Shown: positions 41,401-56,043 of the stretch, piece by piece
Layout: the number at the start of each line of letters is the position of its first letter
Numbering within the stretch: the stretch's first letter is position 1
Assembly: GCF_009914755.1 (NCBI RefSeq)
Contig: NC_060935.1
DNA length: 64,000 bases
Direction: 5' to 3' (one strand)
From: the human T2T-CHM13v2.0 reference genome, Homo sapiens
Program-made: the position numbers and the translations under genes
Notes under the pieces: model-generated
What the model was told of the DNA's origin: nothing
The model's database searches: none
What the model saw: only the letters and a program-made list of their open reading frames with translations

Positions 41401-42500
41401 TATCCTAAGATCAGAGGCACGATCTCCATTAAATAGCAGCTATTGCAGAGGAGAAATGACGAGGACCTAACCTGGAGGGGTTGGAAAGGAAGGGACAACT
41501 TCGAGAGACATTTAAGAGATAGATTTGACAGAATTGGCAGTTGACTGGGTGTGGAGTTAAGAAATAAGGGAGTTGAGGCTGTCTCTGAAGTTTCTAGCTT
41601 AGGTGCCTGGGAGAATAGTAATGCCCTTATTGGTTAGGAAGGCAAAGGGGAAGGGGCTGTTGGGCAGAAAACATCACGGAATGCCACTTCCCCTGCTTAC
41701 CCATTTGACCTGGGTTAGGAGATGAACTTGATTTAAGGGTACCACCTGGACCTGTGCTTTGGTTTCTTGCTTTTCTACTTAAGGTCAAACTCAGAAACAA
41801 TCTGGGCCATTAAAAGTTCTTGTGCTTTTAGCTGTAGTTGACTAACCTGGTCCTGTCCTCAGGATTGACTAAATCCCACCCCCAGTGATGGGACTTGCCT
41901 GCTTAGCCCAGCTGAACATGTCCCCGGGGCCCTGCTTCCCCTAGACCTCCCTTGCAGAAGCTGCCCACAAGGTCTGCCCAACCTTTCCCTTATCCCTCCA
42001 TGTTCCCAGACACCAGACACTAAAGCTCTACATTTCTTGGCACTGGACCCTGTGTGGTATAAGGCATGGTCGGCCCCTTGCAGCCATGGTAATCTCACAG
42101 TTTCCCAGACCCTCTCTTCCTCTCATCCTCCAACAAAACTACCTGAGCTCTAGGACCTCCACCTGTCTGGGGCCATGCCCAACTCAGCCCCCACTCAGAG
42201 CCTGTCCTTGCTCCCTGGCCCAGGCGATGAACAGGCTGTAGACCCATAAAGCTTCCTGCAGCTTGCAGTGAATGGATGCCTGTTTGTAAACCAGGACATT
42301 GGACATGGCACGTCTGCTGCAGAAAGTGAGGGGCGCCCTTCCACGTAGCTCTCAAGCCATTATCCGTGAAGCATTCCTTCATCTCAGGGTAACATCTGCC
42401 CGTATCCACTTGTGGCTCTGACCTGACCTTCAACTATAGCTATTTGGACCCTTACATACCATTGTATACACAAAGATTTGCACACATGTATGCACACATG

Positions 42501-42527
42501 CACACACACACACACACACACACACAC
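42501..42527 (+). repeat. (CA)13 microsatellite
   Basis: Read directly from the sequence. Confidence 0.95.
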
Positions 42528-45500
42528 TTTTAAAAATGTTTTTCATGTGAAAGCCCAGTGATGATAAAGCAAGCTGTCAGGATTTAAAAAAAAAATACAA
42601 TAATGCAATTCACAGAGGACAGTCAGTGGTTAGCACAGCTTCTACTCATGTTTTTACACCTTCTGGAGGTGTGACAGGGTGTGCTTGGTGTTAGAGTTGG
42701 CCACAGTGAGACCCCAAGGCATTAAGATGTCTTCAATCAACTGTCCTCAAAACAGCGTTGACCAAACAGCTTTTAGGTACCAAGCACTCTCTAGATGCAG
42801 TGTGAACTTCAAAAATGAGGCAGACATATCTTTGCTTCCTGGAAACACACAGCCCCCTGTAGAGAGAGACCACATGTGTGAACAAACAATGCAACATGGG
42901 GTCCATCACAAAGCCACCCACACTTGGAGTAGTGGAAGACCTGGTCCTGGTCTCTGCCCCACCACTTGGCTTTACCAGGTCCCATTTGCTCTGTTCTTCA
43001 CCCTCATTCCCTGGTTTGGGACAATGGGAGTCGATTCCTGTTGGGAGCAGGGACCCTCAGGATATCCCTTCCTGGGATATTTATAAGAAGAGGATCAAGG
43101 TCCCCATGAGAACCTGTTCCACCCGAGGGACTGTTCCTTTCTGTCATTGTATGAAGGTTACAACCAGCCAGGCAGTGTGGCTGGGGCGGGGTTGGGGAGG
43201 CATAATGGGAGCCTAAGTGAGCCAGGTGTGCATTCTTAGGTAGGGCTCAAGATGGGTGGGCAGCGGAAACTGGGTGAACTTTAATCCCTTCCATTCCTGA
43301 AATGTGTTCGTTTTATGAAATATCTCTCTCCGCAAAATGTCTCCACCACTTGACTTTGGATTTCTAAGAAATGTTTCTCTGAATAGATGTAGAGTAGCAT
43401 TTCCCAGATTGCGTTCTGAAGCACGCCACTGCCAGGCACTCATGGATTTTGGAGGAGAAAAAAAAACCCATAGTCCTGCTTTGTTCCATGGTCAGTGTGT
43501 TTGGGAAGTTCAGGGTTAAACAAAATTAAACCAGCTGCTTCACTGCTGGACTCTTTTCAGCCTTTAATATGCTAGTGATTATTACGAATCTTGAAAAGGC
43601 AGATATAATATGCATTGTTTTCCAGCCTTATCTGAGCATGGAACCTTGTCTTCATGAAATTTCTGTTGGTGTCACCTGGAAACCTAATGCCCTGAGGAAC
43701 ACACTTTGATAAATACTGGCACATAAGATGTTCATTGTTTGTAAACTAACGGTGGTCAGTTATTTCCCATATTCTTTTAGACAATAGTCTTCAATAGCAG
43801 CAGGAAAGTCTTAAGTTTAGATAAAAAGGAGAATTTCCTAACTGTAAGGATTCTTAGATACTAGAACCTTAGAGTGTCGTGGGAAATGGCAGTAAAAGAA
43901 TGTGCCCCTCCCCCTTCCTTGTCCTTCCACAGGCTATCCCATGAGTCATTATAAATAGAATGAATTATCAAGGAAGCTTCTGGAATCTTTTTATCTTAAG
44001 AGGCCTTTGAAAGTTGCATAGAATTGTGGGACAAGAAGGTAGGAATAAAAAGGCAGGAAGACAGACTGGCTGACTTCTGGGTAGACTGTCTCTAAGTGTC
44101 TGTAATTAACTCATTCATTCTTACTCCGCCCAGAACATGCATTTGAAGGGAATACCTTTCTAACTTGTGGAACTGAAGAGGCAGAAAGCCAGAAGCTACC
44201 CCAGATTTCACGGTGGTCTTTCAGTAGCTGTCGTATTTGCCAAATAGGAGGCTAAGCTTTACATGCATCTTACTTGTTTCTTGAAATAACCTATAAGGTT
44301 GCTAATATTGTTTCTTTTTAAAAAACAAGGATCTGAAGCCCAGAAGGTTACAGACCTTGCCGAAAGTCAAACAGCCAGTATGGTAAGGAACCTGGATTTG
44401 AACACCAAAGCCTGAATCCACTATATCACCCCAGCTGCCACTGTGAATCTGTGGACATCCAGAGCCTCAGGGCTTCCTTAAAATGAGCCTTCATCCATCG
44501 GGCTCTGTGTGTGGGGAGAGGATGGAGTTGGGCTGATGTGTCTGCCCACAATGATAAGGAAGCCAGGGAAGAGGACATTTTCCAGCCCCTGCCAACCATG
44601 CCCAGCCAGGCCCCTTGGTTTGCCCACAACAGTCTGGCTCTGCCCCAGTCCCTGCACCCTTGCCAAATGCATCTTCTTCCATTAGCCATCTGCCCCCTTG
44701 TGCCTACCGATAGCCCACAGCACATGGGCAGCTGCCCTGTTAGAGAGATAGGAGATAATATCAGTGTAGGAATCAATACATTCTCTGGCATGTCCTTTTT
44801 CCCCTAATGGGAATGTGGCAGGATCCAAAATACACTTAAACCTTATCCAAATCCACTCTGTCAGGCATTGGTGGCTTCAAAGGAAGCTTGGTACCTCCAG
44901 TTTGCACGTGTAAGCTAATGAAGCTGGGCTCTGGGTAGGTGAGCTGAGGCCTGTAGCCTGAGGCCTTGGCAGTGTCTGGAGCTGTGTGGCAAGGATGCAA
45001 GGGTGGCGCCAGGGGCCTACAGCAGCTAAGTCTTCAGAAGAGGAGACTGCCTGGAGGAAAGCAATCTTTCTTCCTGGCCAGAAGGAAAGCCTAAGGCACT
45101 TGCCATCTGTCATGTCAGGCTGAGTGGCTGACGGGCTAGTCCTAGGGTCTGGAAGTCCTGTGTACCCCCAGGGTGTGGATCTGTGTGCAAGGCACTTGGA
45201 ATGAACATGAAATGAATGTGATTTTTGTGTGAAAAGGTGGCCTGACGCACATTTGAAGGCATCTTTCCGGGAGCGGGGATCAGTGAGCTGAATAATCTAC
45301 ACCCTCTTGACTGGTTTCGCTGTACAGGGCCCAGGGAGACCTTGGGGGCCAGGGCTCAGAGCTCAGAGGAGGACACTGCCCCTCTCTATAACACTAACTG
45401 GCCTCGGTGCACTCACACCTGCAGGCTAACACGTGGCCCCACCAGCGTTATTGCATGAGGACCATGGGTTGCAGGGAGAACTCCTTTGAGCTTCTAAATG

Positions 45501-45984
45501 TCACTGCCTTTAGATGGGATTTCCCTGACTGCGTCATCTAAAGTAGCAGTCCCTCACCCCAAGTCCCATCCCCATAGCTATATGAAATGACGATGAATTT
45601 GTTTCCTTACTATCTGTCTCTTCCACTAACTGCAAGCTTCCTGAGGGCAACAAGTGTGTCTCTCTCATCCATATCCTCCATGCCTAGAACCATGTCTGGC
45701 ACATGATAAATGCTTAAATGTGTATCAAGTGAATGAAAAAATTAGTGGTAAATGAAGGCACCACCCTACCCGCAAACCTTCAGGTTGAGGTTCTTAGAAA
45801 GCAAACTTGGTTTTGGCATTCCTCCACTGACAGTTCCCCTGGGTCCCATCACACATAGGACAAAGGGCACATTCCCAAGCCTGGCATCCTGACTCTTATG
45901 GTCTGGTCTCTGCTGACTGCCCCAGCTTCGTTTCTCACCATCCCTCTCCCAGGCCCCCTTGTATCCAGTGTGCTAACCCACACT

Positions 45985-46463
<479 letters not shown>

Positions 46464-46955
46464 TGATGTCTTCATCAAAGTACAAGCACACCATGGGCAG
46501 TTCACTGAAAGGGCCATGCACTTTCTCAGCTCTGCCCTATACATGGGGATTTCTGGCTGGAGGAGCCTTTGACCACTCACAATTCTCCACCCAGAAAATG
46601 CCTATGTATCCTTCAAGACACAGTTCAAGCATCCCACCTCCCGTGGAAAAAACCCTGTGTGCCTAGTGCTGCCCCCACTAGGCACATGGCTTTTTTCTTT
46701 CTCTCTCTAGCTAGTGCATCTTGTATATAACTTGTGTAGAGATCATTCTGCTATTTTTTTTCTCCTCCATCCTCCACCATCACAGTGTTAACTCCCAGAA
46801 AAACTGCTCTCATTAACTCTGGACCCCTAGGTCCCAACAGAGTGTCTGGTGTTCACTGGACTAGAATGTGGTACCCAGATATGCTTTACCAAAGTCCATC
46901 CCTCACTTCACCCCTTCCTAACTACATTCTTATTTCTGATGCTGGGTCTTTCCAG

Positions 46956-47117
46956 GAGTTCTCACTCCAGAGAATGGACAGCCTTGTGGATGATCGTGTC
47001 AACATCCTGGGATTTTCCATTTTCAACCAATCCCATGCTTTCTTCCAAGAGTTTGCCCAGAGCCTCAACCAGTCCTGGCAGGAGAACTGTGACCATGTGC
47101 CCTTCACTGGGCCTGCG
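46956..47117 (+). CDS. GRIK4: GRIK4 coding exon [21 protein letters not shown]...DHVPFTGPA; 162 nt, phase 0 to 0; two N-Q-S sequons
   Basis: Acceptor ctttccag|GAG; donor GCG|gtaagt at 47118; lies within ORF 46785..47300. Confidence 0.97.
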
Positions 47118-48159
47118 GTAAGTACCCGCCAGAGCTCTTCCTGGTGCCCCTTGGCCTCTGCACATTGCCCCTCTGTGGGCCAACCCCTGGGCAACACATC
47201 TTCTTGGAGTCCAGCCGTCTCCTGCTCCAGTCCCAGCTCAGAAAGGGAGGTAGAGAGGTGTGGGAAGTGGTTGCAGGGTATGAGGTTTGGGAAGCAATGA
47301 GCTGTAGACAGCAGGGAGGGGGCTGTGTAGAGGCACTGAGTTGTCACTTAGTGATGGCTGCAAGTCCCCTGTGGCCAGACTCTCAATAATACAATTGCCG
47401 AGAGCTGCCTGAGTTTAGGATCCAAGAATCGGTTGGAAGGGCCTTTAAGCTGATCTGCTCCCTCATTTTTCAGATAAGGAAACTAAAGCCCAGACTGGAA
47501 TGGGATGTGGAGTGGGGATGTGGGGGTCTTGTTCAAGGGCAAACATCGAGGCTGTTGCAGAGTGGAACTAGACCCCAGGAATCCTGGCTCCTGGTCTGGT
47601 GCTCTGTCCACCCCCTGGCCACTTCCTGCGTCACGGCTCATCCAGAATGGCTCCCTTCTGCCCAGTCCCTCTGCTTCCTCTCTGCAGTTCTGGCCCCTTC
47701 CGGCATGTGTGACGGGAGCAAACCTTTCCATGGCCATTCTCCACTGAGTTGGATGTTCTTCTCCGTGGGGCAGGCCAAGAATATCTGCTTGTGTACATTT
47801 GTTAAAAGGCAAGTTCTCAGGAGACTAGGATTATGTGGCTTTTTATGCCCTGTCCTAGCCCCATTATACACAATATTTTATTTTTAAAAGCCCCATGAGG
47901 CAGCCCTTGTGATGCTAACTCCAACTTCCTGAGGCAGCTACTATCAGTATCTCCATTTCACAGATGATAAAACCGAAGCCCAGAAAGGTTAGGCAAATAG
48001 CCCAGGGTCACATAGCCAGTGAGCAGAGGACCAGGATCAGAACCCAGGCCGTATGGCTTTACAGTTTATATTTTTAACCTCTGTTCCACTGTGCATCTCT
48101 CTAGGACTGTCATTTCCTTGCCACGCTGTACTGTAATTGAGCCTGGCTAGATGGAAGTA

Positions 48160-48505
48160 CAGTGATACATGCGTAATGACATTTTGGTCAGCGATGGACA
48201 ACTTATATGATGGTGGTCCCATAGATGATAATACCACATTTTTCTTGTCCCTTTTCTATGTTTGGGTATGTTTAGATATGCAAATACTTACCACTGTGTT
48301 GCTGTTAACTACATTATTCAGTACAGTCACATACCGTACAGGTTTGTAGCCTAGGAGCACTACACTATACCATATAGCCTAGGAGTGTAGTAGGCTATAG
48401 CATCTATATTTGTGTAAGCACACACTGTGATGGTCACACAATGAAGAAATTGCCTGATGATGCATTTCTCATCATGTGTCCCCATTGTTAAGCAACACAT
48501 GACTG
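48160..48505 (+). mobile_element. Tigger3a (MER7A)-like TcMar DNA transposon, full length
   Basis: ta|cagt...gactg|ta termini with TA target duplication; internal ggtggtcccata and caggtttgtagcctaggagc. Confidence 0.85.
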
Positions 48506-49133
48506 TAGTTACTAGGTATTTGTTGAATGAATGAGTGAGTGAGTGAGTCAGGCGGAATGATGAGTTACAGATAGAAAGAAGTGGAAAAGCATTAGGTCTA
48601 GGAGATGGCAATGGAATTGGGTACACTCCTGGAGTGGGAAATTCTCTGGTGAGTTTTTAAAATAGGAGCGATGCCTGTCTCTGATAAGACATGCCCAGAG
48701 GCAAAGTCATATCTAGACATCTATACACTTGGCATCTAATTAGTACTTGGCCAACACGGTGACCTTGGAGGTGGCCTGCGGAAGCCAGGGCCTGGACTTA
48801 ATGACCTTTCACAAAACTCTGTGCTTTTATGATCATGCAGCCTCGTGGACATCTCAGGAAGGAAGGGGTAGCTAAGGAGGTCAGAGCTCATGGAAAACTC
48901 AGGAAGCTTTGATCCAGGGAGTGGGACAGAAGGAGCGGGTTTGAGAAAGAGTTTCATGCAGGTTTATGGAACCCATCCCAACAAGATATTTTAGACCTAA
49001 AAGAGGCAAAAATCCATGGGAAGGACTGGGAAGGGCAGCTGAAGGAAGGAGTCATGTCCATTAAATGGTTTAAGGGACAGAGAGGGACATCTCAAAGCAC
49101 AGTGTCATGTGCAGGATCAGACTCAACCCCTAG

Positions 49134-49524
<391 letters not shown>

Positions 49525-50023
49525 TCATTCCAGTATTTTAATAGGTGCTGACAAACTTGAAAGGCTTGCAGTACAATATCAAGAAAGGAGAAAAAAACAT
49601 CTGTCTCTTTCCCTTCAACCCAAGCCTCACCACATTTGGCATCTGGCCTAGTGAAGTAAATGGTCCCAGGCTCTATTTCCTCATTCTCTCTAAGGGTATC
49701 TTCCTTTGCATTGATGCTCACATTGGCCACGAGCAGACAGATGAGGGTCCTTCGGTTCCTAGTGGGCTTCTTTGTAAGGATCCAGCACAAAGGCCAGGAG
49801 TGCCTTTCACAGAGCTGTGGGTCAGCGCTGCCATGGTCAGACAGGCTGAAAAGGCCACTGGCCTTGGAGTCACAGAGCCTGGAGTCAAATACTGGCCTTG
49901 ACATTTTCTCACCGTGTGATCTGAGGTAGTGACGTAACCCCCGTGGGCCGCAGATTCTTTTTCCATAACTTTAGGTGAATTATACCTGACCATCTTAGAG
50001 CATTATTGTGAAGACGGAATCAG

Positions 50024-50351
50024 ATACGATTCTATTTCCAATTCACAATCATTCACTAAGTTAATATAACAACCTATATATGCCAGATGCTGGAATAGGC
50101 ATTACTAAATATATCAGGTAGCTTTTGCTACATAAATACTGTGTAACAGCCAACTCCTAAATCTCATGATACACAATAAATATGCATATACGATTCTATC
50201 TCCAATTCACAATCATTCACTAAGTTAATATAACAACCTATATATGCCAGATGCTGGAATAGGCATTATCAAATATATCAGGTAGCTTTTGCTATGTAAA
50301 TACTGTGTAACAGCCAACTCCTAAATCTCATGATACACAATAAATATGCAT
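50024..50351 (+). repeat. Direct tandem duplication, 2 x 164 bp (50024-50187 and 50188-50351)
   Basis: Both copies run atacgattcta...aataaatatgcat; 5 mismatches by manual alignment. Confidence 0.95.
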
Positions 50352-51185
50352 ACAATACACATTTATGTAGCCCGCGGACCTGTGGGTCAGCGAGGGAGCA
50401 GCTTGTCTAAGCTGGCTCAGTTGGGCAGCTCTGCTGCTCTGTCTGAGATCTCTCAGCATGCAAGGGTTGGCTAATCCAGACTGGGCCTACTTGGGGCCAG
50501 TACCTCTCACTCTTCCCCTGGACCAGCAGGCCAGCCCAGCATATTCTTATGGTGATGGCAGAAGGGCAGCAAAGCAAGTGGAAACGCAAAGACCTCTTAG
50601 TCCTAGGCTCCCAGAAAGGCACACTCTCATTTTCTTGGCCAAAGAAAGGCACACACACAAACTCAGTGTTAGGGAGTGAGGAAATGTACTCTCCCTTTTA
50701 GAGGAAAAAAAATGCAAAGGCACATGGTAAAAAGTCTGAATACCCGAATACAGAGTGTGTCTTAGACCATTTGTATTGCCATCAAGGAATACTCGAGGTT
50801 GGGTGATTTGTGAAGAAAATAGGTTTATTTGGTTCCTGGTTCTGCAAGCTGTACAAGAAGCATGGTGCCGGTATCTGTTTCTGATGAGGGCCTCAGGACG
50901 CTTCCATTCTTGGTGGAAGGCAAGGGGAGGGGGCGTATGCAGCTCACATGGCAAGAGAGAAAGCAAAAGAGAGAGGGGAAGAGGTGCCAGGCTCTTTTCA
51001 ACAGCCAGTTCTTGTGGGAACTGGAGTGAAACTTCACTCACTCCTGTGAGAATGGCACAAAGCCATTTGTGAAGCATCCACCCCCTTTATCCAACCCACC
51101 CGGGTCACTGCCACATGAGACTTGGGACCAAACAAACCATGGCAGAGTGGGATGAAGGATTGGCTCCATCACATAGTCACACAGT
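50113..51185 (-). mobile_element. Old MLT1-type MaLR LTR interrupted by an MST element
   Basis: gcttttgcta...gtaacagccaactcctaaatctca start; ttggccaaag...agggagtgaggaaatgtactc...tgcaaaggcacatgg; resumes gatgaaggattgg after the MST. Confidence 0.65.
50758..51144 (-). mobile_element. MSTB/MSTA-like MaLR solo LTR
   Basis: tg...ca termini; ggttctgcaagctgtacaagaagcatgg core; perfect 5-bp TSD gagtg at 50753-50757 and 51145-51149. Confidence 0.9.
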
Positions 51186-53504
51186 GAAGATCAAAGCCGC
51201 TGTTATCCGGATGCGCCATGCAGGAGCAGGGTTCACCTCCACCTCTGGGAAGGTGACTCCTCGGCATATGTTACTCTCATGGAAGCGGAGGAAAGCCCCT
51301 GAGTTCTTCCTGCAGAGGTCGGGGAAGGCTTGCCCGAAAAGAGGGAAGCCAGTAATTCACCGCTCTTCTGTGTGCAAAGCACCAGGCAGGGTCCACAGCA
51401 TCCCAATGGAGCAGGGGTCCCGTGCTGACTTGCTCAGTGGACTGGAGAGGGTGTCCTGTCCTGAGGATGCCACCCAGGGCTGTTTAAAAGATAGAAACCC
51501 TGACCTCGTTTGTCTCCTTCCCAGTCCAATGTCAGACCTCCCAAGGCCTCAGCATCTTATGCTCCCCAAGAATGCTTGGGGGATATTCAGTGAGTGGGGG
51601 TGTTCTCTGAGGCTCTCTTGGTGCTGCCGGCGGAGAACAAGAGTAAAGATGGGCTGAGCTGCACCGGCTCAAGGCTGTCTCAGGGAACCATGCGAGGAGC
51701 ATCCATGTGGGCCTCAGGACTGCAGCTGGTCCTTGTGCTGATCAGATTCTGCGTCTACTTTAGTCAGCTTTCTCTCAGCCAAGCCCCTTTGGTTTTCTTG
51801 CCAATAAAATGGACGAGTGTTCTTTCTTGCTGAGGACGGCAGGGCTCCCACCCCACTGGGTTTCACCTCGGCACAGAGCTGAAGACTCCTGTAGCCCTTC
51901 CCATGAAATTATCCTGCCTTCTCCTATTTTCCTTCTCAGGGCATCCTCGTAACAGTTAAGAGTGGTCATGTAGCCCTTTTGGACAAGTGGGGAAACTGAG
52001 GCACGGACGTGCTGGATGGCACATCAAGGGTCCTCTGAGGTCAGCACTCCAATATAACCTGGAGTAGAACGTACATCTGTCTCCCAGTGCCAGAGAACCT
52101 TCCAGCTACTGTCTCTGTGGCCTCCGAGAGGGAAGGGAAGGTGTTGCGGACTCTCTCACCTCAGCGTGTGGAAAGGAAGCTCACGGCAGCGACAATAGCA
52201 ACACACCTCTCTCAAGGCTTCTCACTTTAGCAACCAGCTTTTGAAAAGTGGTGCCTCTTCCTGTCTCTTTGGGGGCTGAGAAATTCACAGCACAAACAGC
52301 CCAGCTCTTTTATGTTCTGGGTAGCTGGAAGGCGAGAGGGAGTCAGTTCCAGGAAAAAAGCCTGGTTCTGTCCCCACCATCAAGCGTTCTACAAAAGCTG
52401 CAGCTCCAGCCTCATGGGGACGTTCTCTCTTTCTCTCCCTCTTCTCCCCTTCTTTACCCTTTTCTCCGTAACCTTCTTTTCTGTTTCTCTCTCTCCACAC
52501 GATGTTCCCTGCTCTTTCTTCACTCTTGGCACTTTCTTCTCTCCATTGCCTTTTTCTCCTGACTTGGGTAAGGGTCTGCCGCTCTTCCTCACCTTCCGGG
52601 TCGGGCCTTCGGCATTCTAAGTGGAGCTTTCTGGAGAGGGAGCCCCGTTCTAAGGGCACTGAGAGAGGAGTGGCTGAACTGAGAGGTAACCAGGAAAGCA
52701 AGATCAGTCCATGCCCCCAGGCCATACCTGCCAGGTGGCCGACAGGAGATGCAAATGTGCTTCTACCTGAGACAATGCAAGCAGAAGAAGGGATGTCGCA
52801 AATGGAGACACACACCCGCTAGCTTCACACGCCGTTCCCATTAATCACGCTGCAAAGAACAAAAATCCTGGAAAATCATTAAAATTACAGATGGCTAGAT
52901 TAAGTAATTAGAATTTAGGCTAAAGCAGATGTTTGTAATTAAGTGTTTATTTCATTGAATAAAATCCAGATTGTAAGAACTATTCCATGGGATTTTAATG
53001 GTTCCTGTCCTGGTATTATATTGGGGGGTAGAGTTTAAGCTGCAGAAGTTCAGAGACAAATGGGCATCTGGGAGGATCCTGGGAATCCCGTCATCTGGGG
53101 CATGGAGAGAGATGAGGGTTACAGGTGTGTATGTAGGAGATATTCTTATTTTCATGTCATGGGAGGGGGAAGGAACTCAGCCACAGCTCCCTGAGTCAGA
53201 ACTGATTCATCTTAATTTATACAGAGCCTTGCATTCCCCTAAACAATTTGCAAACAGCTCAAAAGAAAATAACAATGAAGAACCAAATGAAAATATAAAA
53301 ACAAGAGAATCGAGGGTTCATTGCCAAGCAACGTTTTGGGGCCAAGAAAGAGGAGAGGATTTTAAATGAGGATTGAGCCATTTGGGGTATTTAATATTTA
53401 GAAGAGACAGGGACAGGAGAAGCAGAGACAAAAGCGAGAGGCGTGCACACACAGATGAGGAGTAGAGGCCATGGAAAGACAGAAAGGAAAAGGAAATGTA
53501 TTGA

Positions 53505-53884
<380 letters not shown>

Positions 53885-55556
53885 AGGAGGGCTTTTGTAA
53901 CAGAAACTGCTTCTCCCTGACTGTAGCCCCAAATGCTTTCCAGAGCTAAATGAGTAAGTAATAGCGGAGGGAAAAAACAATTAGGAGAGGGAGAAAGATG
54001 CTTTGGGATGGAGATCTGAAACAAGGTGGAAAAATTGATGAGGCAGAGAGATGACAGGCTCGCACGCCATCAGAGGAGAAATTCGGTGAGGGCAGGAGAT
54101 TGGTGACTGTGAGGAGAGAGCTGCAGGCACAAGGGTTGGGAGGTGAATTCTCAGAGCAGTTTGAAGGATCCAGGTGAGAAGCGTGGGCAGATTGGCAGGA
54201 GCCTGCAGAAGACAGTGCCTGGTGATGGGTGGAGGAACCCGAGGAGACTGCAGCGGGGGAGAAGACGTTTGGGGTTTAGAAAGGGTCAGCTCTGACCAGC
54301 CCAGGCTGAACCACAGAGAGGAACTGTGAAGCCCAGAGCCTACGGGGGACACGTCAGTGGTTTCACCCCTCTGAAGGCCACACACAGGTGGAGAGGAGAC
54401 CACAACCTTGAGGATTTTCCTTCTACCTGCTCCCTGTGCCCAGCATCCCTAGCTGGCATTAGTACTAGAAGCACTCGAAGAATCTTGAAGGCCATGGAAT
54501 TAGAGATGCCAAAGAACATTGCCAACAGGCATGCACGGATCTCAGCATCCACATCATGTGCTAATAAGAGAGCATCAGCCAAGAAAACCATGTCCCAGAC
54601 GGAGTGGGAATAGTGGCAACCGTGTGGCAGGAACCAGCTGGGGGCCTGGTGGGAGGATGTGAGAAATGGCGTGGTGCTTCCTCTGCAAATCTGCCGTGAT
54701 GACGGTCTCTTGGGGACCAGCACACAGCCTCACTGGAGGAAGAGGGGGCCTGGGGAGGGGGCCTGTAGACACTGGGGACTGGTGCAACAATGCCTCTGAG
54801 AGGAAAGGGATCCCCAGGGCCTTGGTACCAGAGTACTCTCGGCAACAGAAACCCTGTATCAAAACGTCTTGTGAGAAAACGGAAATGTGTTATTGCGTGG
54901 CTTAGCAAGATTCCGGAGTGGTGAGGTTGGAGGCCAAATCTTTTCCATCTCTGCTGTGTCCCCACTTGGTTACAGCTTCATGCTCAGGCTGGAGCTGGGC
55001 TGGCTGCAGCAGTCCAAGCATCCCAACCAGACACAGACATGTCCAGAGGAGAGAGGAGCGTCCTTTTAGGAGACAGGAAACTTTCCTGAGAAGCAAGCCC
55101 CTCATTCCAGGCCTCAGTTCATGGCTCATTGTTTCAGTGGGGTCACTCACACTGTCCCAAATCACATATTGGCATGGGGACCTTGGACCACCCAGGATTC
55201 CCTGGGACCTGGGGCTGACTCAGCCTCCTCTGAAGCTCCTTACAGTTTGGGACAGGGAAGGATACCTAAATCAAATGGGAGGAAGAAGGGGAGAATGGGT
55301 GCTAGGTAGGCAGCCAATGGCTAATGGCTGTTAACTGAGGGGCTAACGTGAGGACAAACAACCAGTCTTTCCAGGAGGCAAACTGGGTGATGGCCCCAAC
55401 ATAGGGCATTAGAGAAGCCTGCCCACCATCCCTTCCTGCCCCCACCCCGGTGCCAGAGTCCCATGCTCCCATCTGCTGCAGAGAAGGCAACAATGAAAGA
55501 TTGCCCCAAGTTGTCCTGGGAGATGAGGCATAAGAATAAATCTGATAGAGCAATGA

Positions 55557-56043
<487 letters not shown>

